Source: Bdellovibrionota bacterium
GTDB taxonomy: Bacteria; Bdellovibrionota_C; UBA2361; JAAYZI01
Assembly: GCA_050950765.1 (NCBI GenBank)
Contig: JBMNIF010000001.1
Location: forward strand, 192,001-256,000
Direction of reading: 5' to 3'
DNA length: 64,000 nt
The position numbers and the translations under genes are program-made. Below the pieces are notes generated by a model, which was not told the origin of the DNA, did no database searches, and worked only from the letters and a program-made list of their open reading frames with translations. Below, piece by piece: positions 43,488 to 54,302 of this stretch. Numbering within the stretch: position 1 is the stretch's first letter; the number at the start of each line of letters is the position of its first letter.

Positions 43488-44891
43488 TTATGAATTGATC
43501 GGTCGCTTTAAAGCTACGGCAGCAGCCTCCGAAAGAGCTTCAGAAAGGGTGGGGTGAGCATGAATACTGTTTAAGAGGTCTTGAGCCGTGCCGTTTGCCG
43601 TACGAACTTGACACGCTTCTGCGATTAACTCCGCTGCTTGCGGGTGTAAGATATGCACGCCTAAGATAGTATTATCTTTAGGAGACGTTAATAGCTTTAC
43701 GAACCCTTCTGTTTCTGCCGTAGCTTGAGCTTTACCGATGGCTAAGAAGGGGATCTTCGAGACGGTATATTCGAGACCGGCTTCTTGCAATTTACCCTCC
43801 GTTAAACCGACGGATGCCACCTGTGGTCTGCAATATGAGCACGCTGGAATATTGTCATAGTGCATCACTGCATCCATGCCAGAAGCGACTTCTGCAGCAA
43901 CTAGCCCTTCGTGAGCGGCTTTGTGTGCTAGTAGTGGCGGCTTCGTGATATCACCGATAGCATAACAGTGCGGAAGAGAGGTTTGCATCTTTTCATTTAC
44001 GGGGATGAAGCCGTTTGAGAGGGAAAGTCCGACCTCCTCCAATCCGATCTCTTCAGTGTTTGGAACAACGCCTATCGCTAAGAGACAACTATCACCTACC
44101 CAAGAGATGTCTTCAGTTGGAGTGGATATCATCGCTGTAACGGTATCTTTCGTGCGTTTTATAGCACTAACCTTTGAAGCTGTTTTGATAATCATACCAC
44201 GACGGGTAAGGATCTTTTGTAGCTCCGCAGCGATCTCGCTATCATCAAGGGGTAAGATCTGATCCAGCATTTCAACCAATGTAACTTTTACGCCGAGGGT
44301 ACTGAAAAAATAAGCGAGCTCAACACCGATCGCTCCCGAACCGATTACAAGAAGGCTTTCCGGCAACTTCTTTAAGGCTAGAATAGTGCGTGATGTGTGT
44401 AAGACCTCTCCGTCAGGTTCAAAGTTTGGCATAAGGCGAGGGCGTGCGCCCGTTGCAAGGATAACGTCGGTATAAGCCAGCTCAGTAAGGGAGGAGTCGG
44501 CGGAAGGTTGAAGTAAGACCTTATTTTGAGGGGCAAGTTTTGCAAAGCCTGTAATGACCTCGATATTATTCTTCTTCATTAAGAAATCGACACCACGTCC
44601 GATTGTTTGAGTAACTTGACGAGATCTTTCGATGATGCGTGGGAAGTCAACTTCAAAGCCTGAAACTTTAATCCCGAAACGGGAAGCGTTTTTTATCTCC
44701 GTTAAAAGTTCAGCTGATTTTAAAAGAGCTTTTGATGGGATGCAGCCCCAGTTAAGGCAGGTGCCACCTAAGAGGTCTTTTTCAATTAAGGTAACTTTAC
44801 GTCCGAGTTGAGAAGCACGAATGGCAGCAGTGTATCCAGCAGGACCAGCTCCGATAATAACTAAATCTTTAATCTCCATAACCCACCCCAT
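43488..44891 (-). CDS. lpdA: Dihydrolipoamide dehydrogenase
   Basis: GAGPAGY, GGTCLNWGCIPSK, GSGAIG.E, LAHKA, HAHPTLSE. Confidence 0.97.
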   Translation of the reverse strand: MGWVMEIKDLVIIGAGPAGYTAAIRASQLGRKVTLIEKDLLGGTCLNWGCIPSKALLKSAELLTEIKNASRFGIKVSGFEVDFPRIIERSRQVTQTIGRGVDFLMKKNNIEVITGFAKLAPQNKVLLQPSADSSLTELAYTDVILATGARPRLMPNFEPDGEVLHTSRTILALKKLPESLLVIGSGAIGVELAYFFSTLGVKVTLVEMLDQILPLDDSEIAAELQKILTRRGMIIKTASKVSAIKRTKDTVTAMISTPTEDISWVGDSCLLAIGVVPNTEEIGLEEVGLSLSNGFIPVNEKMQTSLPHCYAIGDITKPPLLAHKAAHEGLVAAEVASGMDAVMHYDNIPACSYCRPQVASVGLTEGKLQEAGLEYTVSKIPFLAIGKAQATAETEGFVKLLTSPKDNTILGVHILHPQAAELIAEACQVRTANGTAQDLLNSIHAHPTLSEALSEAAAVALKRPINS

Positions 44892-45077
44892 AATTAATAA
44901 AAATGATAAAATATAGAGTCACAGATAATATAGAATAAAATAAGAGGAAAGAACAAAAAAGAGATATTTAGTAGGTTAGATAGAATTTAAAGACTAGCTA
45001 ATTAACGGATTACCCTCCTTTACTTTAAAAAAACCTTAAACAGAAGCTTAAAGTGATCTTTACTTACAGGTAAAAAC

Positions 45078-45112
45078 AACGGGGGAAAACGGTGCTCCCT
45101 TTTTCCCCCGTT
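45078..45112. terminator. Intrinsic terminator-like hairpin downstream of the 871-aa ORF
   Basis: aacgggggaaaa ... ttttcccccgtt inverted repeat. Confidence 0.6.
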
Positions 45113-45236
45113 AGTTTCAAGGATAGGTATACCTTTCTTTTACGCCCTTTTTAAGGGAAAGGCAGAGCTATATGACATACCTTTTTCCCCCGTTAGCTTC
45201 AAGGATAAGTATACCTTTCTTTTACGCCCCTTTTAG
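45098..45236. repeat. Two-copy direct repeat (~55 bp unit, 82 bp period)
   Basis: cctttttcccccgttag(t/c)ttcaaggata(g/a)gtatacctttcttttacgccc at 45098 and 45180. Confidence 0.85.
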
Positions 45237-45245
45237 ATCGATCGT

Positions 45246-47861
45246 TTAATTGCGGTTAGGGCGAGTTAGTTTTCTTTGTCCTTCAATCTTTTCAAGACCG
45301 TGTTCTACAGCGGTGCGTGCCGTCCTAGAGAAATTATTTTCATTAAATTTATCGACAATAAAGGGTTGAGCGTATATGTCGTTGCCAACTTTTAAGAAAG
45401 CCACTAGGCGTACCTCATCTCCGTTTGAATTAGGTATGTCTTTGACGACTTTATCGGTGAAAGCTATACTAGTTATCGTTATACTTCTTTCTTCTTCTAA
45501 TTTTTTGGCATAAGCCTCAAATTCTCTCGGAATAATAAAATCGTGAGGCGGTCTACCTTGCTGTTTATCCCATTCATTTGGAAATGGAATAAATTGGAGT
45601 TCATACTGCCTGCCATTGAATTTCTTTAACGGGTTGTCATTAGGGCGTTCCTTTAAATTTATAGGTCCAGCGCTACCTTCTGGTATAGCATTTCCACGAC
45701 CAATCACCTTTTCTACTTCGTGACAGAGAGAGCGATAACCTCCTGTTAATCGAATTCGCCCGACCCCGTCGAAAGAGATATAATCTTTAAGTTCTAGCGC
45801 GTACTCAACATTGGTACCATTGTCACCATTGGTACCGACCTCAAAGACGATAAGTGCTCCCCTACCATCTTCACTTACTCCAAAATCTGTAATATTAATA
45901 GAGGGAAGATTTTTTTCTTTTGCAAATCTATGTAATTCCTTATTTGCGTTTATAATATGATCCCTCAATGCAGGTGCATCTGCGTAGGAGTGAAAGTGTT
46001 CATTTACATACTTATAGCCATTTTCGTCATAACGAAATAGATTATCAACACCAGCCTTACCTGTAGCTAGAGTAAATGGTTTTTGAAGATTAGGATTGTT
46101 CGCAAGTCTATCTACTTTAGCGATTTTTTCTTTAAGCTTTTCTATTATTTCTGGATTAGGTATTTTACGACCAAGATGATCTTCTACCACTAAATTATTA
46201 ATAAGTTCTGTTTTATCTTGGGCGTTAAATTCAAGGGAGATCTTGTGAGAGTTGCGAGAGGTGTTAGAACTTGTGCAATAAAAGGTTATAGAAGAAAGTT
46301 CAGAAGGGCTTTCTGATACTGTTACCGAAGCAACACCAAATCTATCCCCCAAATCTTTTTGACCTCGTATAAAAGCATCGACTATATCACGCTCTGCTCT
46401 TGAAAGCTCGTCAACTGTAAATACTCCTGTTATTGCTCGGACTGAGCCATCTTTTTTCGGTTCAACTGGTACTCCGTTAAGTCCTTTTTGTGATGATGCT
46501 TCGATTAGCCTTCCTTCTTTTATGTGGCTCCTAAATTGATCTAGTGCATCGGGATAAGGGTTTTTGTTCGGATCTGCAATGATTCGTTCAGAATGGTATT
46601 GTTGTCTGTAAGGACCAGCTTCGCCCCTTGCAATAAAATCAAATGAGTGGGCAGTTGCTGATTCATCGGTGACGGATCTAACGCGTTTAATATCAAAAGT
46701 AATTTCTTTGCCATCGGCGTTTTGTGTAGTGAAATTTTTAATTTGTTGTTCTTTGGGGATGTTATCCATCTCTTCAAAGTTTGATGGAAGTTGACATTCT
46801 TTTAATTCCCCTTTCCCCATAGCTGTAATAAATTCTTGTTGAATTTTGGTAATATCAGTTTCAAATGTTTTAAATTCATAACAGTGAGTAGGTGCTTTTC
46901 GAGTTTCATATTTGACTTTTCCTCCTGACCTAGCGGCTGCTTGATTCTTCCTAAAATTGTCTAACCCAACACTTCTTTTTTCTTCTTTGGTAGGACCAAC
47001 TTCTACATAATAAGTGGTCATAGGCATAGTAACTTCTTTTTCGTTGCATAGAAGTTCGACAATTTGATGATTTTCGTAGGTTTTAAAGTTAAGCTCTTCT
47101 AAACGGTCTGTAGAATCATGTCGTGTTATTTCTGATTCCCCGACATTGACATTATTTCCAGCAACAGCGCTACTTGGGGCGGGTTTAGCGCTAGTGACGA
47201 CTTCTGTATCTTTTGGAAGTCCTCCTTTTTCTGCTACCTTCCATCTCCCTGTGCTTATATTCTTCTGAAACTCCTCAAATGCAGCAGCAAGACCTTCTTT
47301 GCCTGGTTTGCCAGAAACTGTGCGGATGGTGTGGTATAGTTTCCCATCAGATCCCATCTTTTCAATAGAGAAGGTATATTCACGAGATTCTTCATTCCAT
47401 GTAACTGTAAAAGAAGTAAGCTTTGCCCTTGGGTCTCTCCTGTGAAGTATATCAGCAATTATTTTTGTCTGTTCTTTTGTTGCTAAATTTGGGGAGGTGT
47501 TTGTAACAGAGGCAGAGGCATCTTGTGCAGCCGTTGAAGTAGGATGAATAAGAGGATCCACATCAGAAGGAAGGTTGGGAATGTTTGCAAAACGATTTAG
47601 ATCTTTTTTTAATGCCATGCTAGTAGCCGCAGGCTGATCTTGGTTCCTAGACGTAATAGGTTGATTAAGTGCAGCCATTACTGAAGAAGGGAAAAAAGAG
47701 CTGGCAATGACAACTCCGTTTGCAAAATGGTGGAGAGACCCATTATCAGGATCGAGACGTTCTTGATCAAGTTTGATTCCTTCCTGAGCTATTTGTTGAA
47801 CATTTTTACCAGCTGCCGAACTTTTTGTTGTTCCAACTCCGTTGTCCCTGTTTGCAAACAT
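45246..47861 (-). CDS. Large orphan hypothetical protein (871 aa)
   Basis: Long ORF with GGAG RBS; low-complexity N-terminus; no recognised motif. Confidence 0.75.
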   Translation of the reverse strand: MFANRDNGVGTTKSSAAGKNVQQIAQEGIKLDQERLDPDNGSLHHFANGVVIASSFFPSSVMAALNQPITSRNQDQPAATSMALKKDLNRFANIPNLPSDVDPLIHPTSTAAQDASASVTNTSPNLATKEQTKIIADILHRRDPRAKLTSFTVTWNEESREYTFSIEKMGSDGKLYHTIRTVSGKPGKEGLAAAFEEFQKNISTGRWKVAEKGGLPKDTEVVTSAKPAPSSAVAGNNVNVGESEITRHDSTDRLEELNFKTYENHQIVELLCNEKEVTMPMTTYYVEVGPTKEEKRSVGLDNFRKNQAAARSGGKVKYETRKAPTHCYEFKTFETDITKIQQEFITAMGKGELKECQLPSNFEEMDNIPKEQQIKNFTTQNADGKEITFDIKRVRSVTDESATAHSFDFIARGEAGPYRQQYHSERIIADPNKNPYPDALDQFRSHIKEGRLIEASSQKGLNGVPVEPKKDGSVRAITGVFTVDELSRAERDIVDAFIRGQKDLGDRFGVASVTVSESPSELSSITFYCTSSNTSRNSHKISLEFNAQDKTELINNLVVEDHLGRKIPNPEIIEKLKEKIAKVDRLANNPNLQKPFTLATGKAGVDNLFRYDENGYKYVNEHFHSYADAPALRDHIINANKELHRFAKEKNLPSINITDFGVSEDGRGALIVFEVGTNGDNGTNVEYALELKDYISFDGVGRIRLTGGYRSLCHEVEKVIGRGNAIPEGSAGPINLKERPNDNPLKKFNGRQYELQFIPFPNEWDKQQGRPPHDFIIPREFEAYAKKLEEERSITITSIAFTDKVVKDIPNSNGDEVRLVAFLKVGNDIYAQPFIVDKFNENNFSRTARTAVEHGLEKIEGQRKLTRPNRN

Positions 47862-48189
47862 AACTAAAAATCTCCAATAAAACTTCTTACTCCTCTAAAA
47901 GTTTTTTTAGAATTAAGTCTGCACCTTAAAAACTTATAAAGGGCTTAGAGATCTGTATTTTATAAAAAACTTTGCTTAAGAGGTTTTAGGTAGTAGAAGT
48001 ATTAAAATTAAGTAAAGGGCTTCTTAGGCACCGCTGTTACCCTTCCAACCTAAAAACCATAAAAAAAATATGAGGCTCCCTCTTAAAAATAAAATATCCA
48101 AGTACATATCAAAGTTAAGAAGAGAAATGCTGCTGTTTTTCTGATACCTAATTTAATGATAAGTTAGGGGCGCATAAATTATCTTTAAT

Positions 48190-48255
48190 ATTCAAAGGGT
48201 TATGTAAAAAATTAAAAGCTGTTTTGTAAAAAATAAAATTGGTCTGAACCTTGCA
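48190..48255 (+). promoter_or_regulatory. Sigma54 (-24/-12) promoter with upstream IHF-like site
   Basis: TGGTCTGAACCTTGCA at 48240-48255 (GG-N10-GC); ATTCAAAGGGTTA at 48190-48202 (1 mismatch to WATCAANNNNTTR). Confidence 0.65.
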
Positions 48256-48338
48256 TAGCTAAGAAGAGAGTCAAAACTTTAGGACACTTAAGAGAGAAGA
48301 AGTTGTATTAACGAAGATAGTGCTAAACGAGTTGTTTT

Positions 48339-51300
48339 ATGAATGATTATAGCTATTTACTTATATATACCAACGCTCCAATTGATGAGTTAGAGGGTGC
48401 TGCCGAGCGTAGTGCAGGTGTCGAAATAGTGACATGGCAGGCGCTTGTCCATTCGTTGCTAAAACAGGGGGGGAGGCGTGTCTTTGTAGCAGGAGATGTA
48501 GTAGGTGGAGATCGTACAAAAGATGGGGTTGAGTACCTTGATATCGGACTAGAGAAAGATATCACCTTAGCTATAAATAGAGTTCGTAAAGAATCTCAAG
48601 CTTATCACGTGATCGTTATCGGACGTGGCGCAGATCTATCAAGTATAGTTAGTGACGAAAGGTGTTTAAGTTGCTTTGTTATTAATCATGAAAGTCAAAC
48701 AGCCACTACTTTAAGCTCTGAAGAGGTAGGGGCTGCCTTAGATTGTATGGCACGACTTTCAGAACCTCAAAAAAGAGTTACAAAACCGGTTTTAATACCC
48801 CTTTCTGAAGTTATGATAGCTTCAGAAGAAGATTTCAAAATAGATTTTCAAGGTGAAGTTGAGGAAGATCTCGAAGAAGACCTTGAAGAAAAAACTTTCC
48901 TACAAGACGGCGGAATTTTACTTAAAGAGAGTTTTGAGGATGACGCTGAAACGTTCTTTAAAGGGGTGCCTGTAATAGAGGAAGCGACAGAGGGTGCGTC
49001 GCTTGAGACTAATATTATCGAAAGTGGTGCTACGAGAGGTCTTGAAGATAACGGGGAAGATAAAGAGGATAAGATTAGTGTGAGTCAAATTTCTGACACT
49101 TCTGACGGAGAGAAAAAACTTAAGATCTTAATGCAAAATAGAGGTGGGACTTTTACGCAGCGCGGTGGGGATACTATTGTTATTGAAAAGTTAAGTGAAG
49201 GTCTTACAAAAAGAGGGCACGAAGTGGTGATTGATCTCGATGGTAGTGCAGACCCTGCTAAGTTTGATATCGTGCACCTTTTTAACTTTGTTCTACCTGA
49301 TTTTATTGAAGAGCGTGCTAAGGCAGCCTTAGCAGCAGGAACTCCGTTTGTTGTTACAACTTTAAATGAAGACCTGCCGAGCTTTCACAATCAATCAATT
49401 ACGTACGCCAACTTTTTGATACACTATGTACAGTACGGGCAGGATCGTGCTTGGTACAGTAAAAATGAGCCGGATTTATATGAAATAACGCCGTGCTCAG
49501 GAAATGATAACACCTTTGCTGTTAAAAACGCAGCGTTGCTCTTTACCACAGGTCAGGCAGAAAACCTTATTTTGCAACGCTCTTACGGGGACCTTTCAAA
49601 TCTTTGCGAAATAAAGCTAGGGCATGAGATCGGAGAAGATGTATCTCCCGAACTCTTTCAGGAGGCGTATAAGTTACAAGATTTTATCTTATGCGTCGGA
49701 CGTTTGGAATCTCGCAAAAATCAACTAATGCTCCTTAAAGCGTTAGAAGATAGTAATCTGCCCCTTGTTCTCGTTGCCGGAAATGTTTGTTATCAACCGG
49801 CTTACGCCAACGCCGTCAGGTCTTTTAGACGACGTGGGCAAACACTAATCTTGGACTACCTTTCTTCAGAGATGTTGGCATCTGCTTATGCGGCTGCCAA
49901 AGTGCATGTTTTACCGAGTTGGTATGAACTACCTGGCTTAGTCTCGCTAGAAGCGGGTGCTAGAGGATGCCAAGTGGTTGTAAGTGATTCCGGAACAACG
50001 CGGGATTATCTGGGAGATAACGCCTTTTACTGTGACCCCGATGATGAGAGGTCAATCCGTGTTGCGGTTATGTCTGCTTACCACGCCTCTGCTAATGAAA
50101 AAATAAGAGATCTGTGTCGTTCTTATAATTGGGAGGATGCTGTTCTTAAAACGGAGGCAGCTTATAAAAAAGTGTGCAGGGGCGAAGGTGCTCTTGTAGA
50201 CGAAGTTGTTGTTGAAAATAAGGAGAAAAATGAGATGAGTACATTAGGATTTGATGATAATACCGCTGGGACTGTTCCACCACCTGTCACTGCCGGTAGT
50301 TATGATTGCGCCCTTGGTGCTGTCGAATTCCAAGAAGTGCTGGAACGGGGAGAGATGGCGGCACGCAATAAGGAGTACAATATTGCTCATGCCTGTCTTG
50401 AAAGAGCAGAGAAGTTAAACCCCCTTTCTGCACGCGTTTTTAGAGCTAGAGGCGCTGTTTTCTTAGCAGAGAATAATGTCACTCATGCCTTTGAATGCTT
50501 TAATAAAGCGCTTGAAATTGATGCAAATGATGCGCGTTCTTGGAGCGGCTTAGGGATGTGCGAGCTGCATGAAGGAGACCTATCTGAGGCGTATGATCAT
50601 TTTGTAAAAGCGTTGACCTTAGAAGGTGATCAACTTGTTTCTATCTTACAGTTGGTGGAATGCTCTTATAAACTTAACAGATTCGACGATCTGATCACGA
50701 TTCTGCGAAAGTATATCGCAGAGCATCCTGATAATCTGGATATGCGCTACTGTTATGCAGGAGCATTATATAAGAGTGGCGATTTTGATAACGCAAGTAG
50801 CGTGGTTGATGAGATCTTGAATGAGGATCCGACTAATCTCGGCGCAAAGCAGTTACGCTCTGCCATAGATGAGGCGCAGCAAGATCTTGCGCAGCCGACT
50901 CCTGTATCTATGAGTGCCATCGAGAAAAAAATAGCAGAGAGTGTGCCTGAAGTAGATGGCATTTCAAAGCATCTGCGCAAACTTGTTGCTCTGGAAGAGT
51001 TAAAGCGGAGCCATGATTATGAAAAAGTGCTTGCTGGATGTGATGATATTTTGAGAGTTAACGGATTATCTCCGCAGGAGCGAGAGTGGAGCACCCTTCT
51101 GAAGGGAGAGGTTTTTGTTCTAACAGGACAATCCGATACGGCAGCGCAGATATTTGCTGATGTCTTAAAAGATAATCCGAACTCTGCTCGTGCACTGAAT
51201 GGTCAAGGAGCTTTGGCGATAGCTGCTGGAGATTGGAATAAAGCTAGGGAGAGCTTTCAAGAGGCTTTTGAAATAGAGCCTAGCAACGATGTGGCGCTAG

Positions 51301-51644
51301 CGGGGCTGGGCACTTGCGCTGTGCAGCAAGGAGATACGGAGATGGCGTGGCGATATTACAGTAAGGCGCTTTCGAAGAATCATGAAAACGTACGGGCCTT
51401 ACTCGGCTCCATAGAGTTAGGATATCAACTAGGTAAAATGGATGAGGTTGAAAAGGTTATTAAGAATTATCTTGAACTGCATCCAGCTAGTGTTGATTTT
51501 ATCTATTCCTTAGCGGGGTGTTACTTCGTTCAAAATAGATTGCAGGACGCTACGGATCAGTTGGAGAAGATCGCATTACTTGATCCTGAGAACGCACGTG
51601 CCTTAGAGTTACGTGGTTTAATTCAGGAGCGTTTAATGCAGTAG
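48339..51644 (+). CDS. GT4 glycosyltransferase fused to multiple TPR repeats
   Basis: GGD...IE, DIVHLFN, VGRLE.RKNQ, VLPSWYELPGLVSLEAGA, YNWE; C-terminal ~450 aa of TPR-like repeats. Confidence 0.88.
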   Translation: MNDYSYLLIYTNAPIDELEGAAERSAGVEIVTWQALVHSLLKQGGRRVFVAGDVVGGDRTKDGVEYLDIGLEKDITLAINRVRKESQAYHVIVIGRGADLSSIVSDERCLSCFVINHESQTATTLSSEEVGAALDCMARLSEPQKRVTKPVLIPLSEVMIASEEDFKIDFQGEVEEDLEEDLEEKTFLQDGGILLKESFEDDAETFFKGVPVIEEATEGASLETNIIESGATRGLEDNGEDKEDKISVSQISDTSDGEKKLKILMQNRGGTFTQRGGDTIVIEKLSEGLTKRGHEVVIDLDGSADPAKFDIVHLFNFVLPDFIEERAKAALAAGTPFVVTTLNEDLPSFHNQSITYANFLIHYVQYGQDRAWYSKNEPDLYEITPCSGNDNTFAVKNAALLFTTGQAENLILQRSYGDLSNLCEIKLGHEIGEDVSPELFQEAYKLQDFILCVGRLESRKNQLMLLKALEDSNLPLVLVAGNVCYQPAYANAVRSFRRRGQTLILDYLSSEMLASAYAAAKVHVLPSWYELPGLVSLEAGARGCQVVVSDSGTTRDYLGDNAFYCDPDDERSIRVAVMSAYHASANEKIRDLCRSYNWEDAVLKTEAAYKKVCRGEGALVDEVVVENKEKNEMSTLGFDDNTAGTVPPPVTAGSYDCALGAVEFQEVLERGEMAARNKEYNIAHACLERAEKLNPLSARVFRARGAVFLAENNVTHAFECFNKALEIDANDARSWSGLGMCELHEGDLSEAYDHFVKALTLEGDQLVSILQLVECSYKLNRFDDLITILRKYIAEHPDNLDMRYCYAGALYKSGDFDNASSVVDEILNEDPTNLGAKQLRSAIDEAQQDLAQPTPVSMSAIEKKIAESVPEVDGISKHLRKLVALEELKRSHDYEKVLAGCDDILRVNGLSPQEREWSTLLKGEVFVLTGQSDTAAQIFADVLKDNPNSARALNGQGALAIAAGDWNKARESFQEAFEIEPSNDVALAGLGTCAVQQGDTEMAWRYYSKALSKNHENVRALLGSIELGYQLGKMDEVEKVIKNYLELHPASVDFIYSLAGCYFVQNRLQDATDQLEKIALLDPENARALELRGLIQERLMQ

Positions 51645-51689
51645 CACCTTTCGTGCATAGGAGAGCTTTATATTCTAATTGGGAACGAT

Positions 51690-53006
51690 GTGAAGATCTT
51701 ATTACTGAATCAGGATTGGTTTGCGGATGATTTCAGAGCATGTGGACATGAAGTAGTTACAGCTGGTACAAGAACACACCTCGATCTTCTATTAGAGTTT
51801 CCGATAGAGGATATCCATTCTCTGTTGGCACGTTTACCGAACGGATTTTATCCTGATAGGATCGTCGTTTACGATGAAAGCGCTGCTATTTTTGTTTCCG
51901 GATTGGAAGATATCGATATTCCGCTATTATTTTACTCTGTAGATACTCATCACCATAAAGAAATTCATAAACACCTAGCAGCTATCTTTGATTTAAACTA
52001 TGTTGCTCATAAAGATTATGTAGAAGTATTAAAAGAAAGTACAAGTAGAGTGGAGTGGTTGCCGCTCTGGGCTTCTTGTAATATGACCCCCTCAGATCAA
52101 AAAGAGTACGGCGCAGTTTTTGTCGGAAGCCTTAATGCCAAGCTTAATCCAGAAAGGGTACATTTTTTTACGGAGTTACAAAAAGTGGCTCCTGTCCTCG
52201 TTAAAAGTGGCGATTTTTCCACTATTTTTCCAAAAAGTGAAATCGTTATCAATCAAACTGTCAAGGGAGACCTGAACTTTAGAGTTTTTGAAGCGATGAT
52301 GTCGGGAGCGATGCTTCTGACTGAAGATTCTGAAAACGGTCTGCATGATTTATTTGAAAGCGGGACTCATCTTGTGACGTATAAAAAAAATGATGTGCAG
52401 GATGCTGCTGAAAAAATAAAATACTATCTTGAACATAAAGAGGAAGCGAAGAGGATCGCCAACGCTGGACGATCTGAAATCTTACGACTACACTCCTCTA
52501 AACAACGTGCTGAACGAATTTTAAACGACCTCGAAAAACTGGAACGGACGTTCAATAAAAATAGGCATTATGCGATAATTCCAAACTATATCTGGGGAAC
52601 AAGCATTTTAGAAAAAAGATCGGAAGTGGCAAGAGCTCAAGTCTTGGAGTGTGCCTTGAAAAGTATAAATCAAGCGCTGGAGAATAATGAAGAGGCTAGT
52701 GCAGAGATCGCTCCTTTTGTTATTAGTGCCTGCTTAAAATTCGATAAGATCTTGCAGTCAGATATGGGGCAACGCCTTTTGGAGGTAGTTTGTCAGAAGC
52801 ATTCAGAGATGCTTATTTTTCAATTGGCATACTTTTGGATGTTACAGGAGCACGGGCAGAGAGATGAGGTTATTGCGACAATCAATCAGATAGATGCCTC
52901 AATAGATGTGCAGTATATCTTAGACCAAGCGACGGAGCTGATAAATACAATTATGCAACAGAGCCGGACTCAATATCCATCAGATGAAATTTTACAATGC
53001 CGTTAG
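51690..53006 (+). CDS. CgeB-like glycosyltransferase (Glyco_trans_1_2 type)
   Basis: WLPLW, VFVGS, IVINQT..GDLNFRVFEAM.SGA.LLT, IANAG. Confidence 0.82.
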   Translation: MKILLLNQDWFADDFRACGHEVVTAGTRTHLDLLLEFPIEDIHSLLARLPNGFYPDRIVVYDESAAIFVSGLEDIDIPLLFYSVDTHHHKEIHKHLAAIFDLNYVAHKDYVEVLKESTSRVEWLPLWASCNMTPSDQKEYGAVFVGSLNAKLNPERVHFFTELQKVAPVLVKSGDFSTIFPKSEIVINQTVKGDLNFRVFEAMMSGAMLLTEDSENGLHDLFESGTHLVTYKKNDVQDAAEKIKYYLEHKEEAKRIANAGRSEILRLHSSKQRAERILNDLEKLERTFNKNRHYAIIPNYIWGTSILEKRSEVARAQVLECALKSINQALENNEEASAEIAPFVISACLKFDKILQSDMGQRLLEVVCQKHSEMLIFQLAYFWMLQEHGQRDEVIATINQIDASIDVQYILDQATELINTIMQQSRTQYPSDEILQCR

Positions 53007-53188
53007 TTTCTAACGTTTTTTAAAATAATACCTAAGAGATCTTTTTCTTACGTTATAACGTTACTTTTATTCTAAATTTCTTCCGTATTTGATTAAGTAC
53101 AAGATAAAAATTACTATTCCAGCTGGAAGAACACCTAAAAACTATCTTTTTATTTATGGTGTTGCAAAGAAAGATGGGAGAGGAATTA

Positions 53189-54250
53189 ATGCTTGGAGTA
53201 GGTAGGGATTCAGAGATAAATGGGGGCTCAAAGATAAGATTTGAAGACGCTGTAATGCCAAGTATAAGATTTGAAGAAGTTGTAATGAAGCTTGGAAATC
53301 TTAGAGAGGGCTTTGCTAATATTGAAAGATCTATGCATGAAATTTTTAAAGAGGGAGGGCTATTAAGGGAGAATAAGGCTATTCCGGAAGGCTCTGTTGC
53401 AGTGAAGAAGATAGCAGCTTCTGCCGCAATTCTTTCAAATCAAATTGAGGAGCAGATCAACACACCAGGTGCGATAGAGATTGGTGTGCAGATTGCAAAA
53501 ATTGGAAAAGTTGGAGAAGAGAAATTTAGGTTCTGTTTCCCTGGAGGGGGTGTCCTTTCTGATCAGGAGTTAGCGTGGATAAAAGCAAATCCTAATAGAG
53601 AAGCACCACAAAATCTTTTTTATATCTTAGCTCAAGAGCAATTGAAGAATATGGGTAAGTTATGTTTTACCTATAATAATATGGAAGGGGAGGGGTGTTC
53701 TGCCTTTTTAAAAAAGTTGCAAGAAAATTTAGAACGAGAGCTTTCTGAGGAGATGGGGAAAGATGTTGAGAAACTTGTTCGTATCAAGAAATTTCTTTCT
53801 GAAGAGAGGGAAACAGTTTTAACTGCAATGGGTCTTCCTGATTCTGTTATTGCTAGAGAGATTGCGGAGAAATTGCAAGATAGAGGGGTAACGCAAGATG
53901 AAAAAGGGACTCTTCATGGTATCTATACTACAGTTATTGAACGCATAGCAGTGGCAGAGTCGGATCAGCTGTGGCGTATAGCTGCAAGATCTGGAAGTAA
54001 TGAAGAGCAGAGAGGTATGACGGTTAAAACACTTAAAGAACTTTTGGAGATAGGTGAAAGAAGTGCTGAAAACTTAAAAGCGTATCTTAATTATGATATT
54101 GTGCATTGTGATCAATATGAGAAAGACGGAGGAGTTTCTGGATTTCGTAATCCGAGTTTTGCATGGGGCTTGAAACAGGTTGTCGCATATCTTGAAAATA
54201 GTGTAAAAGAAGCCGACCCTTACAAAGAAGGAGCAAGACGGCAGAGGTAG
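53189..54250 (+). CDS. Orphan hypothetical protein (ORF track start 53156; ATG 53189 has the RBS)
   Basis: Long ORF, GAGG before ATG 53189; helical and charged; no motif recognised. Confidence 0.65.
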   Translation: MLGVGRDSEINGGSKIRFEDAVMPSIRFEEVVMKLGNLREGFANIERSMHEIFKEGGLLRENKAIPEGSVAVKKIAASAAILSNQIEEQINTPGAIEIGVQIAKIGKVGEEKFRFCFPGGGVLSDQELAWIKANPNREAPQNLFYILAQEQLKNMGKLCFTYNNMEGEGCSAFLKKLQENLERELSEEMGKDVEKLVRIKKFLSEERETVLTAMGLPDSVIAREIAEKLQDRGVTQDEKGTLHGIYTTVIERIAVAESDQLWRIAARSGSNEEQRGMTVKTLKELLEIGERSAENLKAYLNYDIVHCDQYEKDGGVSGFRNPSFAWGLKQVVAYLENSVKEADPYKEGARRQR

Positions 54251-54302
54251 TTGTTTGGGCTAAGTAGATAGAATAATCGAAAAACTAAAAAGGGAGAGTG
54301 GT

